Part shown: in pieces, positions 1-11,031 of the stretch
Numbering within the stretch: position 1 is the first letter of the stretch
Layout of the letters: each line of letters begins with the position of its first letter
Translations under genes and position numbers: made by a program
Source of the DNA: Azospirillum sp.
GTDB taxonomy: Bacteria > Pseudomonadota > Alphaproteobacteria > CACIAM-22H2
NCBI GenBank assembly: GCA_020249045.1
Contig: JADCGK010000049.1
Coordinates: 9,112-73,111, forward strand
Direction of reading: 5' to 3'
Length of the DNA: 64,000 nt
Notes under the pieces: model-generated
What the model was told of the DNA's origin: nothing
Databases searched by the model: none
What the model saw: only the letters and a program-made list of their open reading frames with translations

Positions 1-363
1 GTCTTCGCCAACGAGGCGGAATTGCTGTCGCTTTACGAGGTCCGGAGCTTCGACGAAGCCATCGGCCACCTGCGCGGCCACAAGGACCGCGTGTTCGCGG
101 TCACGCGTTCCGAAAAGGGCTCGGTCGCCTTCCGCAACGGCGAGGTCTTCGCCGTCCCGGCCGAACCCGACGTCAAGGTCGTCGACACGACCGGGGCGGG
201 CGATCTTTACGCGGCCGGTTTCCTCTACGGCCTCGCGCGCGGCAAGGACCTGGGCGCGTGCGCGCGCCTCGGCTCGATCTGCGCCGCCGAAATCATCGCG
301 CATTACGGCGCGCGTCCCGAAACCTCGCTCAAAACCCTCGCCGCGTCCAAGGGCGCAATGTGA
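1..363 (+). CDS. PfkB-family carbohydrate/nucleoside kinase, C-terminal fragment (5' end outside window)
   Basis: Open frame from base 1. Translation contains [17 protein letters not shown], the C-terminal ATP-binding motif of ribokinase/adenosine kinase (PfkB) proteins. Confidence 0.7.
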   Translation, partial: VFANEAELLSLYEVRSFDEAIGHLRGHKDRVFAVTRSEKGSVAFRNGEVFAVPAEPDVKVVDTTGAGDLYAAGFLYGLARGKDLGACARLGSICAAEIIAHYGARPETSLKTLAASKGAM

Positions 364-368
364 CCGCC

Positions 369-2198
369 ATGGACATCCGCAACGTCGCCATCATCGCCCA
401 CGTCGACCACGGCAAAACCACGCTGGTCGACCAATTGCTGAAGCAGTCGGGCACCTTCCGCGCCAATCAGCAGGTCGCCGAACGCGCGATGGACTCGAAC
501 GATCTGGAGCGCGAGCGCGGGATCACCATCCTCGCCAAATGCACCTCGGTCGTCTGGAAGGACGTGCGGATCAACATCGTCGACACGCCCGGCCACGCCG
601 ATTTCGGCGGCGAGGTCGAGCGCATCATGTCGATGGTCGACGGCGTGGTCGTGCTGGTGGACGCGGCCGAAGGCGCGATGCCGCAGACCAAGTTCGTCAC
701 CATGAAGGCGCTCGCGCGCGGGTTGCGCCCCATCGTCGTCATCAACAAGGTCGACCGGTCGGACGCGCGCGCGCACGAGGTGCACGACGAGGTGTTCGAT
801 CTGTTCGCCGCCCTCGATGCGACCGACGAACAGCTCGATTTCCCCACGCTGTTCGCCTCGGGCCGTTCGGGCTGGGCGGCCGAGTCGATGGAGGCGCCGC
901 GCGAGAACCTCGATCCGCTGTTCGATCTGATCCTGCGCCACGTGCCGCCCCCGGTCGCCGACAAGACCGGCCAATTCAAGATGCTGGCGACGACGCTGGA
1001 ATACGATCCTTACGTCGGCCGCATCCTGACCGGGCGCATCCACACGGGTGTGGCGAAGGTCAACATGGCCGTGAAGGCGCTGTCGCGCGACGGCAAGCTG
1101 ATCGAGGAAGGCCGCCTGACCAAGCTTCTCGCCTTCCGCGGGCTCGACCGCGTGCCGGTGGAAACGGCCGAGGCGGGCGACATCGTGGCGATCGCGGGCC
1201 TGACGGGCCCGACCGTCGCCGACACGATCTGCGAGCCGGCGGTCGTCGAGCCCATCGCCGCCCAACCCATCGATCCGCCCACGCTGGTCATGACCTTCTC
1301 GGTCAACGATTCGCCGCTGGCGGGCCGCGAGGGCACGAAGATCACCAGCCGCATGATCCGCGACCGCCTGATGCGCGAGGCCGAAGGCAACGTCGCCATC
1401 CGCGTGCGCGAAACCGAAAGCGGCGAAGCCTACGAGGTCGCCGGCCGCGGGGAATTGCAGCTCGGCGTTCTGATCGAAACGATGCGCCGCGAAGGCTTCG
1501 AATTGTCGGTGGGCCGTCCGCGCGTGCTGCTCAAGACCGGCGAGAACGGCGAGAAGCTTGAGCCGATCGAGGAAGTCCAGGTCGACGTCGACGAGCAGCA
1601 TTCCGGCATCGTCGTCGAAACGCTGGGCAAGCGCCGCGGCGAGATGACCGACATGCGCCCGTCGGGCGGCGGCAAGGTGCGCTTGACCTTCCTGGTCCCG
1701 TCGCGCGGATTGATCGGCTATCACGGCCAGTTCCTGTCCGACACGCGCGGCACCGGCATCATGAACAAGATCTTCCACTCGTACCAGCCGTGGAAGGGGC
1801 CGATCGACGGCCGGCACACGGGGGTTCTGATCTCCAACGCCGACGGCGTGGCCGTCGCCTACGCGTTGTGGAACCTGGAGGACCGCGGGCCGATGATGAT
1901 CACGTCCGGCGTGCCGGTCTACGAAGGCATGATCATCGGCGAGCATACGCGCGACAACGATCTCGAGGTCAATCCGCTCAAGGCCAAGAAGCTGACCAAC
2001 ATCCGCGCCGCCGGCAAGGACGAGAACGTCGTCCTGCAGACGCCGAAAATCCTCAGCCTCGAGCAGGCCATCGCCTATATCGCCGACGACGAGTTGGTCG
2101 AGGTGACGCCCAAATCGATCCGTCTGCGCAAGAAGCTGCTCGACCCCAACGCACGCAAGCGCGCCGAAAAGATCGCCGAGGCCGAAGCGGGGGCGTGA
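369..2198 (+). CDS. typA: Translational GTPase TypA/BipA
   Basis: Starts [21 protein letters not shown] (G1 motif), with [14 protein letters not shown] (G2/G3) and NKVDR (G4). About 609 aa, the typical length. The ATG at 369 is the first in-frame Met before the GTPase motifs. Confidence 0.95.
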   Translation: MDIRNVAIIAHVDHGKTTLVDQLLKQSGTFRANQQVAERAMDSNDLERERGITILAKCTSVVWKDVRINIVDTPGHADFGGEVERIMSMVDGVVVLVDAAEGAMPQTKFVTMKALARGLRPIVVINKVDRSDARAHEVHDEVFDLFAALDATDEQLDFPTLFASGRSGWAAESMEAPRENLDPLFDLILRHVPPPVADKTGQFKMLATTLEYDPYVGRILTGRIHTGVAKVNMAVKALSRDGKLIEEGRLTKLLAFRGLDRVPVETAEAGDIVAIAGLTGPTVADTICEPAVVEPIAAQPIDPPTLVMTFSVNDSPLAGREGTKITSRMIRDRLMREAEGNVAIRVRETESGEAYEVAGRGELQLGVLIETMRREGFELSVGRPRVLLKTGENGEKLEPIEEVQVDVDEQHSGIVVETLGKRRGEMTDMRPSGGGKVRLTFLVPSRGLIGYHGQFLSDTRGTGIMNKIFHSYQPWKGPIDGRHTGVLISNADGVAVAYALWNLEDRGPMMITSGVPVYEGMIIGEHTRDNDLEVNPLKAKKLTNIRAAGKDENVVLQTPKILSLEQAIAYIADDELVEVTPKSIRLRKKLLDPNARKRAEKIAEAEAGA

Positions 2199-3031
2199 TG
2201 CGCGGCGAAGCGCGCGGCCGGATTTTCGCGCTTCTCACGGCGCTGGGCGTCAAGCGGGGGTTCTTCGCGCCCTACCGTCACGCCGCCGCCGTCCGCGCCC
2301 CGGACGCGTACCCGGCGTTGGCCCCCGTCTTCGCCGCGGCGCGTTCCCGGTTCGAAGCGGGTCTCGACGGCATTGCGCGCCATTTGCCGGCTTTGCGCGC
2401 CTTGGGCGCGGCGCCGCCGCCCGCGCCGCGGTGGACCCAGGACTGGTTTCCCTGGCTCGACGCCGCATTCGCCTATGCGTTCGTTCGCGATAACCGTCCT
2501 GCCCGGATCGTGGAGATCGGGTCCGGCCATTCCACGCGCTTCATGGCCCGCGCCGTGGCCGACGGCGCGCTTGCGACGCGGATCGATTCCATCGATCCGG
2601 CGCCGCGGGCTTCGCTCGCGGGATTGCCCGTCAATTGGATCCGCGCCCGGTTGGAGGAGACGGATTATCCGTTCGATCGCCTCGCGGCGGGCGACGTCGT
2701 CTTCGTCGATTCGTCGCATATCCTGATGCCGGGCACGGATCTCGATGCGATCTTCTCGGCCGTGTTGCCGGCGCTGCCGCCGGGCGTGTTCCTTCATTTC
2801 CACGACGTTTTTCTGCCCGACGGCTATCCGGTCGAATGGGCGTGGCGCGGCTATAACGAGCAAAACGCCCTCGCCGCGCTGATCGCCGCAAAATCCCATC
2901 TGCCGATCTGGTCGTCGGCGTGGGTGGCGCGCAACATGGCGCCGGCGATCTCCGAACGCGGGATCGACGCGCTGGCGCGGCCGGCGGGCGCCGTCGTTTC
3001 GAGCCTTTGGCTTCAATCCGCCAAAGGTTGA
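2198..3031 (+). CDS. Class I SAM-dependent methyltransferase-like protein (Methyltransf_24/CmcI-like)
   Basis: The ATG overlaps the typA stop (TGATG). Has IVEIGSGHST (SAM-binding, Gly-rich) and DVVFVDSSH (acidic post-II motif), as in macrocin-O-MT/CmcI-like folds. Function unknown. Confidence 0.5.
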   Translation: MRGEARGRIFALLTALGVKRGFFAPYRHAAAVRAPDAYPALAPVFAAARSRFEAGLDGIARHLPALRALGAAPPPAPRWTQDWFPWLDAAFAYAFVRDNRPARIVEIGSGHSTRFMARAVADGALATRIDSIDPAPRASLAGLPVNWIRARLEETDYPFDRLAAGDVVFVDSSHILMPGTDLDAIFSAVLPALPPGVFLHFHDVFLPDGYPVEWAWRGYNEQNALAALIAAKSHLPIWSSAWVARNMAPAISERGIDALARPAGAVVSSLWLQSAKG

Positions 3032-3786
3032 ACCAACAGCCTGTCCAAGCGCTGATCCCCGCGCGCGCCGAAGCGCTCCAAGCCGATTTCCCCGCGCGCG
3101 GACTCGGCGCGATAGGTGCCGAACAGCCGATCCCAAAGCGCCAGGTTGAAACCGTAATTGCTGTCGGTTTCGGCGCGGTCGGGGGAATGGTGGATGCGGT
3201 GCATGTCCGGCGTGACGAAGATCCGCCGGATCGCGCGGTCGAGGCCGGACGGCAGCGCTGCGTTCGCATGCGTGAACAGGGCGCCCGCGTTGAGCAGGAT
3301 GTCGAAGGCGAGTACCGCTTCCGGGGGTGCCCCCAGCAGGGCGGCGATCGCCGCTTTGTAGAGCGCCGAAAGCAAAATCTCGCCGGGATGGAAGCGCAAC
3401 CCCGTGGTCGCGTCGAAATCCGGGTCGGCATGGTGGACGCGATGCAGCCGCCAAAGGAACGGCACCTTGTGTACCGCCACGTGCTGCGCCCAAACCGCGA
3501 AGTCGAGCGCGACGAGACAAGCCGCGAAGGCGAGCCAGAACGGCGCGTCGAGCGCGTTGAAAAGGCCGAACCCCCGGCTTTGCGCCCAAAATGCCGCTGC
3601 GAAGCCGATTCCGGGCAACGCCAGCCGGACGAGCAGCGTATCCAACGCGACGAGACCCAGATTGTTGGGCCAGCGCCACGCGCGCGAAAACTTGCGCGGG
3701 CGCGCGGGCGCCAAACCCTCCCACAGCGCAGCGGCGGCGAAGACCGCCAGAAAAGCGCCCAAGCGCAACGTCGCGTCGTCGGTCAT
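3013..3786 (-). CDS. Sterol desaturase / fatty acid hydroxylase superfamily membrane protein
   Basis: Hydrophobic N-terminus and histidine boxes HRVHHADP and HRIHHSP. Start placed at MTDDATL (3786), 5 nt downstream of the yejE stop. An alternative upstream Met at 3825 would overlap yejE. Confidence 0.7.
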   Translation of the reverse strand: MTDDATLRLGAFLAVFAAAALWEGLAPARPRKFSRAWRWPNNLGLVALDTLLVRLALPGIGFAAAFWAQSRGFGLFNALDAPFWLAFAACLVALDFAVWAQHVAVHKVPFLWRLHRVHHADPDFDATTGLRFHPGEILLSALYKAAIAALLGAPPEAVLAFDILLNAGALFTHANAALPSGLDRAIRRIFVTPDMHRIHHSPDRAETDSNYGFNLALWDRLFGTYRAESARGEIGLERFGARGDQRLDRLLVQPLAD

Positions 3787-3790
3787 GATC

Positions 3791-4960
3791 TTATTTATAT
3801 GGATCGGCCGCGTCGCGCAGACCATCGCCCAGGAAATTGAACGCGAGCACGGTCACGATCACCGGCACGACCGGCAGCAACAGCCAGGGATAGAGCGCGA
3901 CGACGTTGATGTTCTGCGCTTCGGTCAGCAGGACGCCCCAGGACGTGATCGGCGGCCGCAAGCCCAAGCCCAGGAAGGACAAGGCCGTTTCGCCCAGGAT
4001 CATGGTCGGGATCGCCAGCGTCGCCGAGGCGATCAAGTGGCTCATGAAGCTCGGCACCAAATGCCGGAAGATCACGCGCTTGGGCGAAGCGCCCATCAGC
4101 TTCGCGGCCGTGCAGAAATCCTCCTCGCGCAGCGCCAGCAATTTCGAGCGCACCGCGCGGCCCAAGCCCGTCCACCCGATCATGCCCAGGATCAGCGTGA
4201 TGCCGAAATAGACGTAGATCGGGCTCCACGACACCGGCAACGCCGCCGACAGCGCCATCCACAGCGGCAATTCGGGGAAGGAGCGGATGATCTCGATCAG
4301 CCGCAAGACCGCCATATCGACCCAGCCGCCGTAGTAGCCCGCAAGCCCGCCCAGGACGATTCCCAGGGCGAACTTCACCACCACGCCGATCAGACCGATG
4401 GTCAGCGAAATCCGCGTGCCGTAGACCAAGCGGCTGAACACGTCGCGCCCCAAGCGGTCGGTGCCCAGCAGGAAGAACGTGCCGCCTTCGGCCGGGCACA
4501 CGAAATGGAAGGAGCCCGGTATGAGTCCCATCCATTCGTAGGAATCGCCGCGGCAGAAAAAGCGGAGTTTCTGGATCTTCTCGGGATTGGGCACGTACTC
4601 GCGCTTCAGCGTGTCCATGTCGAGCCGGTAGTCGAACCCGTAGACGAACGGACCCACGAAGCGCCCCTCGTGGAACAGGTGCACGGCCTGGGGCGGCGCA
4701 TAGATGTGATCGACGTCGCGCGTGCCGACCGCGTAGGGCGCTATCGCCTCGCTCACCAGGATCGAGGCATACATGAACAGCAGCAGATAGCCCGACCACA
4801 AAGCGAGCTTGTGCCGCTTGAGCTTCCACCACATCAGCCGCCATTGCGTGGCCATGTAGTAGCGTTCGAGTGCGGGATCGAGCCGCTCGGAATCCTGCGG
4901 GTCGAAGGGCTCGCGCCGGACGTAGTGGGGCAGTTTGTCGGAAGCGGCGGGGCCGGTCAT
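3791..4960 (-). CDS. yejE: Peptide/microcin-C-type ABC transporter permease, YejE-like
   Basis: BPD_transp_1 permease. The N-terminus (MATQWRLMWWKLKRHKLALWS) and the C-terminal LGLGLRPP...GDGLRDAADPY match the DppC/YejE family. The ATG at 4960 overlaps the yejB stop (ATGA). Confidence 0.85.
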   Translation of the reverse strand: MTGPAASDKLPHYVRREPFDPQDSERLDPALERYYMATQWRLMWWKLKRHKLALWSGYLLLFMYASILVSEAIAPYAVGTRDVDHIYAPPQAVHLFHEGRFVGPFVYGFDYRLDMDTLKREYVPNPEKIQKLRFFCRGDSYEWMGLIPGSFHFVCPAEGGTFFLLGTDRLGRDVFSRLVYGTRISLTIGLIGVVVKFALGIVLGGLAGYYGGWVDMAVLRLIEIIRSFPELPLWMALSAALPVSWSPIYVYFGITLILGMIGWTGLGRAVRSKLLALREEDFCTAAKLMGASPKRVIFRHLVPSFMSHLIASATLAIPTMILGETALSFLGLGLRPPITSWGVLLTEAQNINVVALYPWLLLPVVPVIVTVLAFNFLGDGLRDAADPYK

Positions 4961-5955
4961 TTGTCCGCGCCCCCGTGCAGGCGGATGCGCGGATCGAGTG
5001 CCGCAAGCGCCAGATCGGACAGGAATACGCCGATCACGATCAACGTCGCCTCGATCATCAGGAACGACCCGGCCAGGAACATATCCTGGCTGCGCAACGC
5101 CGAAAGCAGCATCGGGCCGTTGGTCGGCAGGCTCATGACCACCGAGACGATCGCCGCCCCCGAGATCATCTGCGGCAGCAGATCCCCGATATCCGCGATG
5201 AACGGGTTCAGCGCCATGCGCAGCGGATACTTCATCAACGCGCGGCCCGGCGGCAGGCCCTTGGCGCGCGCGGTGGTCACGTACTGCTTCTGGAGCTCGT
5301 CCAACAGATTGGCGCGCAATCGCCGGATCATCGCCGCCGTGCCGGACGTTCCGATCACGAGCACCGGGATCCACAGATGCTCGAGTACGGACAGGAACTT
5401 GCCCCAGCTCATCGGCTGATCGACGTACTCGGGATCCATCAGGCCGCCGATCGCCGTCCCGAACCACACATTGGCGAGATAGAGCATCACCAGCGCCAGC
5501 AGGAATGACGGCGTGGCGAGCCCCAGGAAGCCGAGCAAGGTGAGCCCGTAATCGCCCCACGAGTACTGGCGCGTGGCCGAATAGATGCCGATCGGAAACG
5601 CCACGATGTAGGTGAACAGGACCGTCGCGAAGCCGACGACGAAGCTCAACAGCAGCCGATCGCCGATCACCGCGTTGACCGGCAGATCGTATTCGAACGA
5701 CCAGCCGAGATCGCCCTGCAGCAGCCCGATCAGCCAGATGCCGTAGCGTTCGACCGGCGTCTTGTCCAAATGGTACTGCGCGCGCAGCGCTTGCGCGCGT
5801 TCGGCGGCGCCGCGTTCGCCTTGGGCCTCGAGTTCGGCGATCTGCGTCGTCAGGAAATCGCCCGGCGGAAGCTGGATGATGGTGAAGACGATGGCGCTGA
5901 TCGCCAAGAGCGTGGGGATCATCACCAGCACGCGGCGCGCGAGATAGGCGAACAT
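4957..5955 (-). CDS. yejB: Peptide ABC transporter permease, YejB-like
   Basis: MFAYLARRVLVMIPTLLAISAIVFTIIQLPPGDF N-terminus and EAA-like loop typical of DppB/YejB permeases. Confidence 0.85.
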   Translation of the reverse strand: MFAYLARRVLVMIPTLLAISAIVFTIIQLPPGDFLTTQIAELEAQGERGAAERAQALRAQYHLDKTPVERYGIWLIGLLQGDLGWSFEYDLPVNAVIGDRLLLSFVVGFATVLFTYIVAFPIGIYSATRQYSWGDYGLTLLGFLGLATPSFLLALVMLYLANVWFGTAIGGLMDPEYVDQPMSWGKFLSVLEHLWIPVLVIGTSGTAAMIRRLRANLLDELQKQYVTTARAKGLPPGRALMKYPLRMALNPFIADIGDLLPQMISGAAIVSVVMSLPTNGPMLLSALRSQDMFLAGSFLMIEATLIVIGVFLSDLALAALDPRIRLHGGADK

Positions 5956-5967
5956 CGATCCCTCCCC

Positions 5968-7887
5968 CTACCGCGCGGCGGCCGCGGCGGCGCCCGCGCG
6001 CCGCTCGCCGTCGAACCAGAACGTGTCCATCCGATGCATGCCGAAGAAGGCGCCGGGATCCCATGCCCAAATGCCCTCGCGCGGCACGTTGCGCAGCCGG
6101 TTGGTCACGACGATGGGCTGCGGCACGCCCGCGACGATCCCGATCGTCCACACGTTCTCGGCGTGGTTGGCGAGCAGGCGCCGCCAGATCTCGGCGCGCG
6201 CCGCGCGCCCGGGCGCATCGGCCCACGCTGCGGCCAGGTCGAGCAATTCGCGCGCCTCGGGCATGTCCACGGGCTCGCCGCGCTGCCCGCCGGTCTCGAA
6301 ATGCAGACCCCATTTCGGCCATTGCAACGCGACTTGCTCGACGGGCGCGAACTCGTCCGGGGCGAAATCGGCCGAGGCGAGGCCGTTCTCGATTCCGGAC
6401 CAGACGGCCATGCGGGTTTCGCCCGATGCGGCGCGGTTGCGCAGGATCGTGCGCTGCTGGGGCCGCGAATAGAGCTTCACGCCGGCTTTGAGCCACGTAT
6501 CGTGGATCAGTTCGAGGACGTCGGTCTGCTCGGCGTCCTCCCCGGCGGTTTCGACGACGATCTCCATCGGCCGCCCGTCGGGAAGCAGCCGCACGCCGCG
6601 CGCGTCGCGCCGCACGAGGCCGATTTCGTCGAGCAACCGGTTCGCCGCCGCCAGATCGAAGCGGTGCCAATCCTCGCGCAGGTGCCGCTCGTAGAGCGGG
6701 CTTTGCGGCAGCACCGTATTCGCCCCTTCGATCGCAAGGCCGAAATAGACCACCATGTTGATCTCGCGGCGGTCGATCGCCAGGGACAGCGCGCGGCGCA
6801 AGCGCACGTCGCGGAACAGGCCGCGCCAAACCGGATCGTTGGCGTTGAGGTTGGGATAGAGCGCCACATGCGCGCCGCGCGCCGGTCGCCACAGCCGCGT
6901 GTCGAAATCGTTGCGTTTGCCCGCCTGACGCAGGAACGTGTAGTGCGAGAAATTGACGTTCCGGGCCTGCAGATCGGCCTCGCCCGCGCCGGTTTTGGCG
7001 GCGAGGATCTTGCCGTCGGCGATGTTCAGGATCGCGCGGTCGATGTAGGGCAGTTGCCGACCCTGCGGGTCGACGCGGTGGTAATAGGGATTGCGATCGA
7101 ACACGAAGCGTTCGGAGGGCGCGCGCGTACGCACGACCCAGGGATCGAGCGTCGGCAGATCCGGATTGTCGTTGCGGTCGAGCTTGTCCAAACGGTTGAA
7201 CAACTGCGCCCAGTTGCGCGCGTTGGCGCGCCGCACGGCCTCGCGCAGCCGCTCGGGGTCGGCGTACCTGGCGTGCAGCGTCTTCAGATAATGCGCGGGG
7301 CGGTAGATATAGAGCGGCGCGGGTCCGGCCAGCGCCGGCACGAACGCCGGGTTCGGCGCATCCCATTCGAACACCACCGTCGTCGCGTCGGGGAACGAGA
7401 CGCGCGGCGGCTTGTCGTCGGCGAGCAAGGCTTTGGGCAGGCCTTGCGGCGCGAGTTCGGCGTTGTTGGCGACGTCCTCCCACCAGAATCGGAAATCCTC
7501 GGCCGTGAACGGCGCGCCGTCCGACCACCGATGGCCCCGGCGCAGATTGAAGACGAAGACCCTGTCGTTTTCGACGCGGAAGGATTCGAGGATGTCGGGC
7601 ACCAGCGCCAGCGCGCCGTCATACCCGATCAGGCGCGCATAGCCGTAGACCGAAAGCAGGCGGGTGTCCTGGGTGCGGCCCGACAGCAGCCGCAACTCCC
7701 CGCCGTGCCGGCCCGGCGTCCAATCCGCGCGCGCCACGTGCGTGACGAGCGGCGTTTCGGGCAGGCGTTTTTCGAGCGGCGGCAGCCGGCCGGCCGCGAC
7801 CTCGGCGGCCAGCGCGGGCGGCTCGACATAGTTGGCCCAGGCGGGCCCCGCGCACAGCGCCAATGCGAGTGCGAGCCGGCGGATCAT
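5968..7887 (-). CDS. yejA: Family-5 periplasmic substrate-binding protein, YejA-like
   Basis: Signal peptide [18 protein letters not shown]. The roughly 620-aa mature protein has SBP_bac_5 characteristics. The start overlaps the yejF stop (ATGA). Confidence 0.85.
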   Translation of the reverse strand: MIRRLALALALCAGPAWANYVEPPALAAEVAAGRLPPLEKRLPETPLVTHVARADWTPGRHGGELRLLSGRTQDTRLLSVYGYARLIGYDGALALVPDILESFRVENDRVFVFNLRRGHRWSDGAPFTAEDFRFWWEDVANNAELAPQGLPKALLADDKPPRVSFPDATTVVFEWDAPNPAFVPALAGPAPLYIYRPAHYLKTLHARYADPERLREAVRRANARNWAQLFNRLDKLDRNDNPDLPTLDPWVVRTRAPSERFVFDRNPYYHRVDPQGRQLPYIDRAILNIADGKILAAKTGAGEADLQARNVNFSHYTFLRQAGKRNDFDTRLWRPARGAHVALYPNLNANDPVWRGLFRDVRLRRALSLAIDRREINMVVYFGLAIEGANTVLPQSPLYERHLREDWHRFDLAAANRLLDEIGLVRRDARGVRLLPDGRPMEIVVETAGEDAEQTDVLELIHDTWLKAGVKLYSRPQQRTILRNRAASGETRMAVWSGIENGLASADFAPDEFAPVEQVALQWPKWGLHFETGGQRGEPVDMPEARELLDLAAAWADAPGRAARAEIWRRLLANHAENVWTIGIVAGVPQPIVVTNRLRNVPREGIWAWDPGAFFGMHRMDTFWFDGERRAGAAAAAAR

Positions 7888-9800
7888 GCGCCGACCCGGG
7901 GCCGCGCGAAGCGGCGCAAGGTTCCGGGACCGGTGCCGATCCGCGCGCGGACGTAATGCCCATGGCCGAGATCGACGAGACCGGCGGCGTTCGCCGCGTC
8001 GATCGTGAAGGGATCGGGCCACAAGGCGGGCACGGAGGCGCGCCCCTCCATCAACGCGGTCAGATCGAGCGGCCGGTCGATATCGGGCTCGGGCACGGCC
8101 GAGAGCAGGGCTTGGGTATAGGGATGGATCGGTTCGCGGAACAGGCGCGCGCGCGGAGCGATTTCCACGATGCGCCCCGCGCACATCACCGCGATCCGGT
8201 CGGCCATGTAGTCGACGACCGCGAGATTGTGGCTGACGAAAATGTAGGTCAGGCCCAGCGCCTTCTTCAGGTCCTGAAGCAGGTTCAGCACTTGCGCCTG
8301 GATCGACACGTCGAGTGCCGACACCGGCTCGTCGAGCAGCAGCATCTCCGGGCCCAGCGCCAACGCGCGCGCGATGCCGATGCGCTGGCGCTGCCCGCCG
8401 GAGAACGAGTGCGGATAGCGGTTGAGGGCGCGGTCGTCCAAGCCGACCACGCGCATCAACTCGCGCACCGTTTCCCGGCGCGTGGCGGCGTCGCCGATGT
8501 CGTGGATCACCAGCGGCTCGGCGACGATGTCGAACACCGTCATGCGCGGATTGAGCGACCCGAAAGGATCCTGGAACACGAATTGGACCTTGCGGCGGTA
8601 CTCGAAAAGCTCGGCGCCCGCGAGCGCGCGCACGTCGCGCCCGTCGTAGACGATGCGGCCCGAATCCGGGGCGAGCGCGCGCATGATCATCTTCGAAACG
8701 GTGGTCTTCCCGCAGCCCGACTCGCCCACCAGCCCAAGGCACTCGCCGCGCAAGACGTCGAACCCGACATCGTCGACCGCACGCACGGTCTGCGGCGCGC
8801 CCGCGCCGAACAGGCCGGATTTGCGGATCGTGTAGGTCTTCTGCAGTCCGCGCACCGACAGCAGGGCTTCGCGGCGCTCGGCGCCGGCCGGACCGTCGAC
8901 CCGGTTGCGCCGCTCCGGCCCGAAATCGCGTTTGCGCATCATCGCGCCCAGATCCGTCTTGATCTCGCGCAGCGGCACAAGGCGTTCGCCGGGCTTCATG
9001 TCGAAGCGCGGCACGGCGGCGAGCAACGCCTTCAGGTAGGGATGCTCGGGCTTGCGGAAGATATCCTCGCGCGCGCCCGCCTCCATCACGCGGCCGCGAT
9101 ACATCACGACGACCTCGTCGGCCAGGTTGGCGACGACGCCCAGGTCGTGGGTGATCAGCAGGATCGCCATGCCCAGATCGGCCTGCAGATCCTTCAGCAG
9201 CTTCAGGATCTGCGCCTGGATCGTCACGTCCAGCGCCGTCGTCGGCTCGTCGGCGATCAGCAAAGCGGGGCTGCAGACCAGCGCCATCGCGATCATCGCG
9301 CGCTGGCGCAAACCGCCCGACAATTCGAACGGGTAGGTCTTGAGGGCCTTGGCCGGATCCGGGAAGCCGACCTTGCGCAGCATGTCTTCGGCCAGATGCC
9401 TCGCTTCGGTCTTGTCCTTGGTGCGGTGCAGGCGCACGGCTTCGACGATCTGATCGCCGACCGTGTGCAGCGGCGACAGCGAGGTCATCGGTTCTTGGAA
9501 GATGATCGAAATCCGGCCGCCGCGGATCCGGCGGAACTCCGCACCGTCCGGGTCGAGCGCGGCGAGATCGGTTTCCGTGCCCTTGTCGCGGAACAGCATG
9601 TGGCCGCGCGCGATCCGCCCGACCTTCGGCAGGATGCCCATCAGCGCCTGGCTGACGACCGTTTTGCCCGATCCCGACTCGCCCACCACCGCGACCGTCG
9701 ATCCCGGCCGGATGCGGAAGTCCACGCCGTCCACGGCCTTGATCCGCGTTTCGTGCACGCGAAAATCGATGGCCAGGTCGCGGACCTCGAGCAAGTTCAT
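7884..9800 (-). CDS. yejF: Duplicated-ATPase ABC protein, YejF-like
   Basis: Two complete nucleotide-binding domains: GESGSGKT and GESGCGKTT Walker A, two LSGG signatures, two DEP Walker B, plus oligopeptide C-terminal extensions. 638 aa. Confidence 0.9.
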   Translation of the reverse strand: MNLLEVRDLAIDFRVHETRIKAVDGVDFRIRPGSTVAVVGESGSGKTVVSQALMGILPKVGRIARGHMLFRDKGTETDLAALDPDGAEFRRIRGGRISIIFQEPMTSLSPLHTVGDQIVEAVRLHRTKDKTEARHLAEDMLRKVGFPDPAKALKTYPFELSGGLRQRAMIAMALVCSPALLIADEPTTALDVTIQAQILKLLKDLQADLGMAILLITHDLGVVANLADEVVVMYRGRVMEAGAREDIFRKPEHPYLKALLAAVPRFDMKPGERLVPLREIKTDLGAMMRKRDFGPERRNRVDGPAGAERREALLSVRGLQKTYTIRKSGLFGAGAPQTVRAVDDVGFDVLRGECLGLVGESGCGKTTVSKMIMRALAPDSGRIVYDGRDVRALAGAELFEYRRKVQFVFQDPFGSLNPRMTVFDIVAEPLVIHDIGDAATRRETVRELMRVVGLDDRALNRYPHSFSGGQRQRIGIARALALGPEMLLLDEPVSALDVSIQAQVLNLLQDLKKALGLTYIFVSHNLAVVDYMADRIAVMCAGRIVEIAPRARLFREPIHPYTQALLSAVPEPDIDRPLDLTALMEGRASVPALWPDPFTIDAANAAGLVDLGHGHYVRARIGTGPGTLRRFARPRVGA

Positions 9801-10279
9801 GATCCGGCGTCGATCCCCATGGCTTGCAGGTTTTCGGCCGTCGCGGGATCGAAGACCAGCCCGCGCGCGCGCGCCGCCGCGTGCGCCGCCGCGACCAGGC
9901 CCGCGAAGTTTTCCCCCGAGGAATCCGCGCGCACGCGCCCGGCGGTGCCGGCCAGTTTGAGCTGCATCCATCCCCCCGCACGGTCCCGGGTGGTCGCGTA
10001 GAATGCGAGCCGGAAATCGCGCATCTCGTCCCATGGGAGCCTAGCCGCTCCCGGACCCGAAAGCGACACGCCCGTCGCATCCCAGGTCACGCGTTGGCGG
10101 CCGCGGCGGAACGTGCGCAGCGCGAAACCCGCGAACAGACCCGCGAGCGGCACCAGAACCCAATGCGCCGCCGTCCATTCGCCCAAGGCGATCGCCGGCG
10201 TCAGCGTGAATGCGAGCCCGACGGCCGCGCGCGCGTAGTCCCCGATCAGCGCCTTGGGCGGATAGCGCAAAACGTTCAT
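9797..10279 (-). CDS. Hypothetical small membrane protein (2 predicted TM helices)
   Basis: A 160-aa ORF with two hydrophobic helices (AAVGLAFTLTPAIALG and WVLVPLAGLFAGFAL). Its stop overlaps the yejF start (ATGA). Confidence 0.45.
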   Translation of the reverse strand: MNVLRYPPKALIGDYARAAVGLAFTLTPAIALGEWTAAHWVLVPLAGLFAGFALRTFRRGRQRVTWDATGVSLSGPGAARLPWDEMRDFRLAFYATTRDRAGGWMQLKLAGTAGRVRADSSGENFAGLVAAAHAAARARGLVFDPATAENLQAMGIDAGS

Positions 10280-11031
10280 GGGCGCGACGCGAAAACGTCC
10301 TCGGGCGCGCGCCAGCGCGCCGCACGATGGGCGGCGATCCGTCGCAGCGCCGCTTGCGTGAAGGTCCACGCCGCTTCGTCGTGGGCCAGATGGTGGGTCA
10401 GCAATCCGGTCGGCTCGGCCGGATCGGCGGCGCCATCGAGCTTGGCGCGCAAATGGCCCACCAACGCGCCCAAGGCGGGGCCTTCGCCCGCGAACGCGCG
10501 CGTGTTCCAATCCATGATGTCGCAATGCGCGTTGATCTGGACGAGGCCGGCGGGGACGGCCTTGCGCGCGCCGAAGGTCGACAGGCCGCGATAGCCCGCG
10601 CGCGGGAGTTCGACGGCGATTTCGGGCGCGATGCGGTTGTGCGGCGGGACGAGCACGGGCAACGCCGCGGCATAAAGCGCGCGCAATCGCAGCCAACCCC
10701 GCGCCAACTCGCCCAACACCATCGCGGGCGGCCGATGCGCGCCCAGTTCGGCCTTCGGCGCCCCCAATGGCGCATGATTGTCGTGGTTCCAGCCATGCTG
10801 GCAGATCGCAAGCCCGGGCTCGGCCGCGAGTTCGGCCACGGCGCGCGCCGGAATCACCGCGATCAACGGCCGCACGCCGGTCGCGCGCGCGAGGGCGGTC
10901 AGGCGCGCGAACGCGGGCACGGGCAGGGTCGCGTCGTCGTCGCGCCACCATAGTTCGGCGGTTTTGCCGGCGGCGGCGTAGGCGTCGAGCGCGCGGTCCA
11001 GATCGGTCCAGTCGGCTTGGATCATAACCAT
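10276..11031 (-). CDS. Putative polysaccharide-deacetylase-like protein (tentative family call)
   Basis: A 251-aa ORF (MVMIQADWTDL...WWRDDDATLP...HGWNHD). The D-D and H-x-x-H arrangement is reminiscent of the carbohydrate esterase/deacetylase fold. Not confirmed. Confidence 0.4.
   Translation of the reverse strand: MVMIQADWTDLDRALDAYAAAGKTAELWWRDDDATLPVPAFARLTALARATGVRPLIAVIPARAVAELAAEPGLAICQHGWNHDNHAPLGAPKAELGAHRPPAMVLGELARGWLRLRALYAAALPVLVPPHNRIAPEIAVELPRAGYRGLSTFGARKAVPAGLVQINAHCDIMDWNTRAFAGEGPALGALVGHLRAKLDGAADPAEPTGLLTHHLAHDEAAWTFTQAALRRIAAHRAARWRAPEDVFASRP

Noticed and set aside
3791-7528. 1245-aa ORF on the minus strand, and similar giant ORFs (5968-10080 at 1370 aa, 5770-7956 plus strand, 2075-3724, 8-10 kb plus-strand ORFs, 38228-41551).
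   Set aside because: These are read-through or antisense artefacts of about 70% GC DNA with very few stop codons. Only the C-terminal or internal segments with recognisable protein families were annotated (yejE, yejA, the ABC-like protein, the cNMP protein). The antisense translations are Arg/Ala/Pro-rich low-complexity sequence.
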